Positions 1 to 6,931 of a stretch of DNA of 21,043 nucleotides are shown in pieces. Below the pieces are notes generated by a model. It was not told where the DNA came from. It did not search any database and saw nothing but the letters and a program-made list of their open reading frames with translations. Positions within the stretch are counted from its first letter, which is position 1. Each line of letters starts with the position of its first letter. Source of the DNA: Deltaproteobacteria bacterium TL4 (GTDB taxonomy: Bacteria > SAR324 > NAC60-12); the NCBI GenBank assembly GCA_051382335.1, contig JBBCAX010000335.1, positions 1 through 21,043 on the forward strand, read 5' to 3'. A program made the translations under genes and the position numbers.

Positions 1-63
1 AAATCAAATGCAGGCATATTTTTTTTGATTCGAAATCAATCCCTTTAAATTAATAAGAAACCA

Positions 64-192
64 ATGAAAAATCAATCATTTATTAATACCAGTTGGATAG
101 AACGTTTAAGATCAAACCGAAAAACGGTCCCCTTGACATCTGCGGAAATCGCTGTGAATCGTCTTTATGCAGATCTGGCAAAAAACCGTTAA
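64..192 (+). CDS. possible 42-aa small protein (MKNQSFINTSWIERLRSNRKTVPLTSAEIAVNRLYADLAKNR)
   Basis: Read manually: ATG at 64, TAA at 190-192. It is below the ORF-track size cut-off, with a weak RBS and no recognisable motif. Confidence 0.25.
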   Translation: MKNQSFINTSWIERLRSNRKTVPLTSAEIAVNRLYADLAKNR

Positions 193-258
193 ATCCTTTT
201 AGGAAGCAAAATCTTGGGATAGTCTCGTCTCACGTTCGTGGATAAGGAGGTTGACTGA

Positions 259-363
259 TATAGTGCTCAAGATAAGTTTTGTCCTGGGAGCGAGGGCGTC
301 CCGCCCTCCGGTGAGGGCAAGATACCCTCGCTCCCAGGGAAAAAACTTTCCTGGACAGCTATA
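259..363. repeat. REP doublet (REPIN-like) inside TATAG...CTATA imperfect terminal inverted repeats; MITE-like
   Basis: Perfect 14-bp IR CCTGGGAGCGAGGG (283-296) / CCCTCGCTCCCAGG (325-338), inner GCCCTC-cggt-GAGGGC (303-318). Pairing extends imperfectly to TATAG (259) / CTATA (363). Confidence 0.75.
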
Positions 364-654
364 CCTATTGAAAACTGGTGCTCTCAAAAGAATCGGATCC
401 TCTTTTCAGCAGAATGTATTAATGGTTTCTTTATCTCATGCTCAAAAGCGGATCATAAAACGCGGACAGTTTCTTCCGGAAAGTTTAAACTTCCAGCCTC
501 TCTTATTCCTACTACCCCAAGTATTAAATTATAAGACTCTATAAAATAACATTGTGTTTCTTGACAGGGTGTGAACAATTTTATGCTTTGGTTGGGATAC
601 AAAGTAAATTTGTACCCTAAGTTAAGTAAAAACATCTATCTGTCCAGAAGTTCC

Positions 655-1542
655 ATGCTGTCATTTCTACCACCTCACCTTCTCGGGATCATCAATCTCC
701 TGCTCATTACACTTAATACCGTGATCCATTTTATCTTAATCTTTATTCCATCGTGCTTAAAAATAGTATTGACGCCAACTCCTTTGGAACCTTACATTGC
801 AAGGTTTGTCATCCGAATTGCGATCAATTGGATTGATATGAATCAGTGGATTTTGTGGCTCACTGTAAACATTGAATGGGATATTGACGTGTCAGACGAA
901 CTTGAGGAAGACAAATGGTATTTGGTTATTTCGAATCATCAATCGTGGGCCGACGTCTTGGTAAACCAAAGAGCTTTTGTACGTAAAATCCCTTTTTTAA
1001 AGTTTTTTCTCAAGAAACAAATGATCTGGTTACCTCTCCTTGGCATCACCTGGTGGGCCATGGATATGCCCTTTTTGAATCGGTATTCAAATGAGTATCT
1101 CAAAGCCCATCCGGAAAAAAAAGGTGAGGACTTAAAACGAACAAAAAAATCATGTGAAAAATTTAAAAATATTCCAACTTCAGTCATTGTCTTTGCAGAA
1201 GGAACCCGGTATACAGAACAAAAATCCAAACGACAAGAATCGCCTTATCATTACCTGCTCAAACCCAAAGCTGGAGGCATCAGCCTTGCGTTATCAACAC
1301 TAGGCGACTACCTCACCGCAATTATCAATGTCACCATTGTCTATTCGGAACAAGGTTTTTGGACGTTTCTCTGTGGACAGAGTAAAAAAATTGTAGTTCG
1401 TGCCGAAATGATTTCCATTCCTGGACAATTCAAGCAAGGTGATAGCAGCGAGAAAATACATGAGCCCTTTAAAAATTGGGTCAATTCCTTATGGCATGAA
1501 AAAGATGAGTTGATCCATCAAATCAAAACAACAATCGCGTGA
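655..1542 (+). CDS. yihG: PlsC/LPLAT-family acyltransferase, YihG-like
   Basis: Catalytic NHQSWAD (HxxxxD), plus LKFFLKK, WLPLLGITWWAMDMPF, FAEGTR and LLKPKAGG motifs typical of YihG. Hydrophobic N-terminus. ATG 655 preferred over the GTG at 571. Confidence 0.85.
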   Translation: MLSFLPPHLLGIINLLLITLNTVIHFILIFIPSCLKIVLTPTPLEPYIARFVIRIAINWIDMNQWILWLTVNIEWDIDVSDELEEDKWYLVISNHQSWADVLVNQRAFVRKIPFLKFFLKKQMIWLPLLGITWWAMDMPFLNRYSNEYLKAHPEKKGEDLKRTKKSCEKFKNIPTSVIVFAEGTRYTEQKSKRQESPYHYLLKPKAGGISLALSTLGDYLTAIINVTIVYSEQGFWTFLCGQSKKIVVRAEMISIPGQFKQGDSSEKIHEPFKNWVNSLWHEKDELIHQIKTTIA

Positions 1543-1649
1543 TTCTGGGATACGTCTCCGGTATTTTCATCTGTTCAAAGAAAAACTTGCAATCTTGTCC
1601 TGTTCCCATTAATACCTTTAATTAAGGTCGTCGTGCTTTGTTTGTTTCC

Positions 1650-1798
1650 CTAGGAGACTGTCCGAGAATAGAAGTTGAGCATTAAGTAGGGTGCCGCTTA
1701 AACGAAGCGAGCGCACCAAAAATAAGAGGACAGCAAGCTTTTTGGTGCGCTCGCTTCGCTTAAACACACCCTACATTCATTCTCGGACAACCACCTAG
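1650..1798. mobile_element. MITE-like element with CTAG ends enclosing a GTAG-family REP doublet
   Basis: Outer IR CTAGGAGACTGTCCGAGAAT (1650-1669) / ATTCTCGGACAACCACCTAG (1779-1798). Inner REPs start GTAGGGTG (1686) and end CACCCTAC (1774), with a perfect 20-bp IR at 1703-1722 / 1739-1758. Confidence 0.75.
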
Positions 1799-1828
1799 TA
1801 TTTGCTCCATACCACTAATATATTCCTT

Positions 1829-2197
1829 ATGTTTATTTCCCATCAGTTTCATGATCAAATCTGTGTTATTGAAGTTCAAGGGAACATTACCTTGGATCAA
1901 GTTCAAGCGTTTCGTGATTATGTGCACCGATTCATAGAGGAGGAGTCTACAAAAAACTTTCTCGTCAATATGACGGATGTCGACTTTATTGACTCTTCGG
2001 GAATTGGGGTGATGATTTTCTTATGGAAAATTGCGCATAGACGTGAAGGAATACTGGCCTTATCCAACTTAAACAATCGTTTGACTCGTTTGATCAACAT
2101 GACAAGTTTGACAGAATTGATCAAAATCTATGAAACTTTGGAAGAGGCGCTCCGGGATCCCAACTTTTCAACCCCGCTAAAAGAATTTTCACGTTAA
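1829..2197 (+). CDS. STAS-domain anti-sigma-factor antagonist (SpoIIAA/RsbV family)
   Basis: VDFIDSSGIG motif with the phosphorylatable Ser, VIEVQGNI at the N-terminus, IYETLEEAL at the C-terminus. About 122 aa from ATG 1829. Confidence 0.9.
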   Translation: MFISHQFHDQICVIEVQGNITLDQVQAFRDYVHRFIEEESTKNFLVNMTDVDFIDSSGIGVMIFLWKIAHRREGILALSNLNNRLTRLINMTSLTELIKIYETLEEALRDPNFSTPLKEFSR

Positions 2198-2272
2198 AAT
2201 TCGGTTTCCAGTAAAAAAGTGTTGATTATTTTAATGCTTATAGTATGCGGAGTATTATATCTTGTTGATGTA

Positions 2273-2300
2273 TTGACACGTTGAAAATTTCAGGTAAGCT
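2273..2300 (+). promoter_or_regulatory. candidate sigma70 promoter for the Rrf2 gene
   Basis: TTGACA (2273-2278), 16-nt spacer, TAAGCT (2295-2300). Confidence 0.35.
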
Positions 2301-2624
2301 GAAGCCAATGAATCGTTTGTTTTAAAACTTTAAAGTCAAAAGCTTGCTAAGCAATCTTGGATTGCTTAGTAAAACCTGTTGATGGTGATGTTTTACTGGT
2401 AAAGCGGTTTTTTTCCTGACATGATCAAGAAAAGAGGGGAAAAACGTGACGTAATGTGTTCTTTCTACCTGGGTTGGTTCATTTTTATCGAATACGTAGG
2501 GTCCTGCTAGGTAGGTGTCAGAGGGGAAAACGTAGAAATGAGTGGGGGGAGTTCGATAAAATAGAAGCTGATCACTGGCAGGAGGCTTTATTTTTATTAA
2601 TCCTCAACGTAAATAGGATCAAAA

Positions 2625-3053
2625 ATGCTTTCAAAAAGTTGTAGTTATGGGGTAAGAGCTGTTATCTATCTTGCTTCCTTAAAAAGACAAGATTATGTAT
2701 CTATTCAACATATTTCCGATAAACTTGAAATTTCTTTCCATTTTTTAACTAAAATTCTTCAAAAACTCACTCGACGTAATATCCTTGAATCCTCACGAGG
2801 TCCCAAAGGCGGTGTTTTGCTGGCAATGCACCCCAGTAAGGTAACCATCCTGGAAATCATTGAGATTATCGATGGGAAAGAAGCGTTTTCTGATTGTACT
2901 TTGGGTTTAGCCGCCTGCAGTGATAAAACACCATGTCCTCTTCATGAAAAATCAATTCTTATTAAGAAAGATCTAAGAAATCTTTTTGGAAAAACCACGG
3001 TCGAAGAGCTTGCCAACAAATTGAATGATGTGAGTTTAAAGCTCATTATTTGA
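2625..3053 (+). CDS. Rrf2-family transcriptional regulator, probable Fe-S cluster binder
   Basis: YGVRAVIYLA, winged helix FLTKILQKL...SSRGPKGG, and C-terminal CTLGLAACSDKTPCPLH with three Cys plus His. Confidence 0.92.
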   Translation: MLSKSCSYGVRAVIYLASLKRQDYVSIQHISDKLEISFHFLTKILQKLTRRNILESSRGPKGGVLLAMHPSKVTILEIIEIIDGKEAFSDCTLGLAACSDKTPCPLHEKSILIKKDLRNLFGKTTVEELANKLNDVSLKLII

Positions 3054-3056
3054 GTT

Positions 3057-3502
3057 ATCAGCGTTTTACCAACTTACCCGTGCCTGAACCTGGTGAAATT
3101 ACCAGCACATAACGTTGGTATCGTTGATTTGCAATGTGCAAAAGCTCAATGCCTTTGGGCTTTTGCGAAGAATTGTAACCGTTCAGCCGCAGAGCCACGG
3201 AGAGGTTATAAATATTCTCTGTTTTCTCAAAATTATGAAAGCCTCTGGTTAGGCCATTGTAAAAACATCGCCATTTTTTAGAGAAACTCAGAGATTTTGT
3301 CATTTAATATTCATTCTCTGCGTCTCTGTGGCAAATACCCCATGAATACTGTTAAAAACATTGGATACTAGGAAATGCGCCTTATATTTCCGGTTGCGCC
3401 ATTTTGGGAGATGGCAGCATTGGCTTAATCCTGGATATTGCCAATTTATGCCAAAAATATGGTTATTTGCCTCAAGCGACTGGATTTCACGAAGAAAACT
3501 AA
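3057..3502 (+). pseudogene. cheA: degenerate cheA C-terminal (P5/CheW-like domain) remnant interrupted by a palindromic repeat
   Basis: 3368-3502 reads LGNAPYISGCAILGDGSIGLILDIANLCQK...EEN*, matching the CheA P5 signature (ISGATILGDGxVxLILD). Frameshifted VKNIG (3351) and FGLL-EEL (about 3153-3175) lie upstream. The left boundary is uncertain. Confidence 0.65.
3186..3332. repeat. long imperfect palindrome (CACAGAG/CTCTGTG-type REP-like element)
   Basis: GCCGCAGAGCCACGGAGA (3186-3203) pairs with TCTCTGCGTCTCTGTGGC (3315-3332), 14/18 matches. Inner TCTCTGTTTTCTCAAAA (3216-3232) pairs with TTTTAGAGAAACTCAGAGA (3276-3294). Confidence 0.6.
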
Positions 3503-3523
3503 ACTCATGGCCTTTTGTGTCCT

Positions 3524-5329
3524 ATGGAAAACTCAGAAAAGTTAAATAGAATCAAAACCCTGATGACCACGCAGGGGATTTCGTATTACCTTGTTCCGTC
3601 TACAGATGAACATCTTAACGAATATTTACCCGAACAGCATCAGCGGTTGAAAACCATTTCAGGTTTCTCGGGCTCGGCGGGTATGGTCATCCTTTGTCTT
3701 CAAGGAAAACACCAATTGTTTGTTGATTCTCGTTATCATATTCAGGCGGATCAAGAAACCAATTCGGATTTTTTTGAGGTTCATAAACTCGGACAGCCAA
3801 AAGTTCTCACCCCTGAAAAGTGGCTTGCACAGCAAGAACAAGGAAACGGATCCCTGAAAGTAGGCGTTGATCCCTTTGTGATGAGCGGTGCCGCTTTTAA
3901 AAAATTCAAGGAAGCCCTAACTCGCCCTGAATCTGTCCTGGTTCCCCTCACACCGAATTGGGTTGACGCGTCTTGTGACAATAATCAGCAACGCTCCTTT
4001 AAGGAAATATTTTCACTGGACTTAGCCATTACAGGAGAATCTCAGCAAAAGAAACTAGACCGTGTCCGTCAAAAAATGAAAGAACAAGAGGTGGACTTGC
4101 TGATATTGACGAGTTTGGACGATATTGCGTGGTTGCTGAATTTAAGAGGACACGATATCGCCTATAATCCTTTTTTTGAAGCGTATGCTCTGATTTTAAG
4201 GGAGGAGGCGCTTTGCTTTTGTCATAAGGAAACCCTTCCCGCTAACCTGGAAAATCAAATGCCCGAGTGGCAGTTTCAAGGGTATGCAAGCTATTCTGAG
4301 AAACTTCAAAGCCTCGCGCAAACAGACAAAAATCTAAAAATATGGATTGATGCTGAAAAAACGACCATGGGAACGCGTCTCATTTTTCAGGAAAAGCACA
4401 CGTTGCTTGAGTCTCAGAATCCACTTGTTTTGATGAAGGCCTTGAAAAACGATACAGAACTTCAGGGAATTCGAAAAGCGCACTTACATGCGGCCTGTGC
4501 CAAAATCAGATGTATGTACCGTCTGGAAAAAGCCATGGCGCAAGGAACAGCGATTTCGGAAAAAATGGTTTCAACCTGGCTATCTGAGGAAGACGCAACA
4601 GAGGAAAATTTTGTTGATTTAAGTTTTGAAACCATTGCCGCCTTCGGTAAAAACGCTGCCATTGTGCATTATTCAAATCCGGATGAAAACGTTTTTCTTA
4701 AGGCGGATCAGTTATTACTCCTGGACTCTGGAATTCAGTACTTGGGCGGAACAACGGATGACACAAGGACATTCATTTTGGGCGATGCTGACGAAAAACA
4801 AAGAAGACTCTATACCTACATTCTTAAAGCGCACATCAGCCTTGCGCGACAAATATTTCCTGAGGGGACTAAAGGTGTTGCCCTGGACGCGATTACCCGG
4901 TCCACGTTGTGGAACCAAGGCCTGGATTTTGGGCATGGGACAGGCCATGGTGTTGGCGCCTTTTTAAGTGTCCATGAAGGACCGCAACGAATTTCTCCGT
5001 CTGCCGTTGAGGTTACGATCCAACCTCAAATGGTGCTTTCTATTGAACCGGGATATTATGAAGAGGGGTGGGGGGGAATTCGTTTGGAAAATTTATATGT
5101 GGTCACTCACCCTGAAAACCTTCCCACTCATCCTGAACAAAAAAAATGGCTTTGTTTTGAGGCCTTAACGTTAATACCTTTTGCCCGTAAACTCATTGAT
5201 TTGACATTACTGGGATTGGAAGAACGCCAATGGCTCGGAAATTACAATGCCCGCATCCTTGAAGAGGTGGGACCGCTTTTACAGGATAGGGAAATTCAAT
5301 TTTGGCTTAGAAATGAATGTTTGTTGTAA
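3524..5329 (+). CDS. Xaa-Pro aminopeptidase (aminopeptidase P, M24B, three-domain XPNPEP1-like form)
   Basis: DEHLNEY, GFSGSAG, DSRY, WLLNLRG; metal-ligand motifs DSGIQYLGGTTDDTRT, HGTGHGVG..VHEGP and EPGYY...GIRLEN. ATG 3524 preferred over TTG 3515. Confidence 0.93.
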   Translation: MENSEKLNRIKTLMTTQGISYYLVPSTDEHLNEYLPEQHQRLKTISGFSGSAGMVILCLQGKHQLFVDSRYHIQADQETNSDFFEVHKLGQPKVLTPEKWLAQQEQGNGSLKVGVDPFVMSGAAFKKFKEALTRPESVLVPLTPNWVDASCDNNQQRSFKEIFSLDLAITGESQQKKLDRVRQKMKEQEVDLLILTSLDDIAWLLNLRGHDIAYNPFFEAYALILREEALCFCHKETLPANLENQMPEWQFQGYASYSEKLQSLAQTDKNLKIWIDAEKTTMGTRLIFQEKHTLLESQNPLVLMKALKNDTELQGIRKAHLHAACAKIRCMYRLEKAMAQGTAISEKMVSTWLSEEDATEENFVDLSFETIAAFGKNAAIVHYSNPDENVFLKADQLLLLDSGIQYLGGTTDDTRTFILGDADEKQRRLYTYILKAHISLARQIFPEGTKGVALDAITRSTLWNQGLDFGHGTGHGVGAFLSVHEGPQRISPSAVEVTIQPQMVLSIEPGYYEEGWGGIRLENLYVVTHPENLPTHPEQKKWLCFEALTLIPFARKLIDLTLLGLEERQWLGNYNARILEEVGPLLQDREIQFWLRNECLL

Positions 5330-5368
5330 TTCAAAACCTAAATGAGGCGCAACGACGGAAAAATGGAG

Positions 5369-5833
5369 TTAAGAATTCGTTTTTAAAAAATCAAAAAAAT
5401 CTAAATTCTCAGGAATCATGTTTTTACCACAGTTCTGACATGAATGTTCCGGGATCGGGCTATTTCTATCAAGACTTGAGGCATTGATGATCAGGGTTTC
5501 ATTGAGGTCGCATTCATCGCAGACCAACTCTATTTCAAAAGAGTGAATGTAAATCCCATCACAAAGATTACGAACCATATGGCATTGATCCATAAAAAAG
5601 ATGGAGCAGTTGTGGTATTCTATCCGTTTTCCTTGCTTCAACAACGTTTGTAGGGCCTCAATCCAAATATTAGTTCCGATGGAATTAATACGTTTAATTC
5701 CCCTTAAGTCCAAGATTATGAGCTCATTATCATCGTCGAGGATAGCGCTCATGTCCAAGTATTCATTGATGTACCCGGAGCACAGATATAAACTTCCTCG
5801 ATTTCCTTTTTGTATTTGAATGCCTTGCTGCAT
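5369..5833 (-). CDS. STAS-like domain + C-terminal Cys4 zinc-ribbon protein (paralog B)
   Basis: LDLRGIKRINSIG STAS-like motif; CDEC...CQNCG. ATG 5833 has an AAGGA RBS and aligns with the start of the paralog at 6910; the track's TTG 5926 is probably too long. Confidence 0.75.
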   Translation of the reverse strand: MQQGIQIQKGNRGSLYLCSGYINEYLDMSAILDDDNELIILDLRGIKRINSIGTNIWIEALQTLLKQGKRIEYHNCSIFFMDQCHMVRNLCDGIYIHSFEIELVCDECDLNETLIINASSLDRNSPIPEHSCQNCGKNMIPENLDFFDFLKTNS

Positions 5834-5955
5834 TGCGTCCTTATAAACAAAAACTTCGAACTGATTCTTCCCATCTGCCATTTTCATCTTAAAGCCCACT
5901 TCTACCCAGTCATTAGAATTATTCAAAAGTTATATCAAGATAAATTCCTGGATCG

Positions 5956-6150
5956 TTATTTAATTTTGGCTACAATCAAGGTAACATCGTCTTCAATAAA
6001 TTGATCCCCATAGAAAGCTAACGCTGCATCCCTGATATGATTTTTGATGGTTTCTGCGTTGTGATCCTTCGATGCTTGAAGTGGGTTTTTTAGCTGCTTG
6101 ATACTAAACATCTCACCGTTGGAATTCACGTCCTCTACCAAACCGTACAA
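5956..6150 (-). pseudogene. C-terminal remnant of a SpoIIE/RsbU-type PP2C serine phosphatase
   Basis: LYGLVEDVNSNGEMFS...AETIKNHI...FYG...EDDVTLIV matches the SpoIIE C-terminus (LYTDGLVEAxNxxGEMFG...DDxTLVV), but TD is missing from LYTDG and the N-terminal part is absent. The ORF-track N-terminus MHSVEEPRNE is translated repeat. Confidence 0.7.
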
Positions 6151-6156
6151 TTTAAA

Positions 6157-6204
6157 CTCGTTCCGTGGCTCTTCCACGGAATGCATCTCTTGAGGCTCTG
6201 TCTC
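6157..6204. repeat. half of a CTCGTTCC-type REP-like element
   Basis: CTCG-TTCCGTGG-ctctt-CCACGGAA hairpin (6161-6181), followed by GAGGCTCTGTCTC (6192-6204). Confidence 0.5.
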
Positions 6205-6211
6205 CAGAGAC

Positions 6212-6394
6212 CAATACCCGTGAATGAAATTGGGAAAATAATAATAAGTATTTTAATTACAGCCACTTATAAAATTATAGCGATTTTTTCTAAAGTCATT
6301 GTGAAAAGTTCGTAGTTCCGCCTTTAGGCGGCTTTTCTGCAAGGCTTACCGCCTAAAGGCGGAACTACGAACATGATTTCATTCACGGGTATTG
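6212..6394. mobile_element. 183-bp MITE-like element with perfect 19-bp terminal IRs enclosing a GTAG-family REP doublet
   Basis: CAATACCCGTGAATGAAAT (6212-6230) / ATTTCATTCACGGGTATTG (6376-6394). Internal perfect 24-bp IR GTTCGTAGTTCCGCCTTTAGGCGG (6308-6331) / CCGCCTAAAGGCGGAACTACGAAC (6349-6372). No clear target-site duplication. Confidence 0.8.
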
Positions 6395-6457
6395 CCGCAG
6401 GAAGTACCAGGAAGGAAGGCAGAATCAGCAGGGTGAGTAAACTTTTGAATATCAATT

Positions 6458-6910
6458 TCATTGCCATTCTAAAAAATCTAACTCTTCCTCTTCGGCAAGA
6501 CTCATTGTTTCTCCACATTCAGGACACGGAATGGTAGGGAGTCGAGTTAAATCAATCTCCTCTCGATGCAAGAGGTGTTGCGTTTCATGTAAGCATGAAT
6601 CGCAGACGAAGGTAATGTAAAAAGAATGAATTTTGATGTGATGAGTCAAAACCGGATTAAGCATAAATTGCAGCATGAATTTTTCAGAGCAATTTTGATA
6701 TTCAATAGAAATCCCCTTGTTTCTTAATTCCGTCAACATCTTGACCCAAACTTTCAAACCTACCGAATTAATAGCGGTAACGCCTTTCAGATCAAAAATT
6801 ACAAGGTTCACCACTTGATTCACTACAGAGGATAAATCGGTGTATTCTGAAATCTTTCCAGCCAGTTTACAAAGACCATCGGGCAGAATTTCAATGGAAA
6901 AATGGTTCAT
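6458..6910 (-). CDS. STAS-like domain + C-terminal Cys4 zinc-ribbon protein (paralog A)
   Basis: FDLKGVTAINSVG, IEYQNCS, CDSC...CPECG; GGAG RBS upstream of ATG 6910. Confidence 0.8.
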   Translation of the reverse strand: MNHFSIEILPDGLCKLAGKISEYTDLSSVVNQVVNLVIFDLKGVTAINSVGLKVWVKMLTELRNKGISIEYQNCSEKFMLQFMLNPVLTHHIKIHSFYITFVCDSCLHETQHLLHREEIDLTRLPTIPCPECGETMSLAEEEELDFLEWQ

Positions 6911-6931
6911 CCGTGAACTCCAAAAAAATTC

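Noticed and set aside
561..587. TTGACA...TATGCT promoter for the acyltransferase gene
   Set aside because: The spacer is only 15 nt.
199..635. ORFs 199-387(-), 251-544(+) and 453-635(-)
   Set aside because: The first two run through the palindromic repeat and none has a recognisable motif. The AGGAGG at 245-250 directly abuts the TTG, so it is mis-spaced as an RBS.
2375..2410. GATGGTGATG resembling a fluoride riboswitch
   Set aside because: The required pseudoknot and terminal motif are not found, and no fluoride-exporter gene follows.
2456..2644. 62-aa ORF overlapping the Rrf2 start
   Set aside because: No motif, and it lies in the probable regulatory leader.
3058..3549. ORFs 3058-3303, 3093-3281 and 3361-3549
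   Set aside because: Better explained as off-frame readings of the cheA remnant and the repeat.
5956..6186. 76-aa ORF as an intact gene
   Set aside because: Its start codon and first 10 codons come from the REP-like hairpin; the rest is a PP2C fragment lacking a catalytic residue.
259..6394. CRISPR array or integron attC cassette interpretation of the palindromes
   Set aside because: The repeats are mutually unrelated and irregularly spaced, with no spacers, cas genes or integrase.
6324..6518. 64-aa minus-strand ORF
   Set aside because: It overlaps the STAS-Zn gene out of frame and reads into the MITE (VVPPLGG is translated REP).
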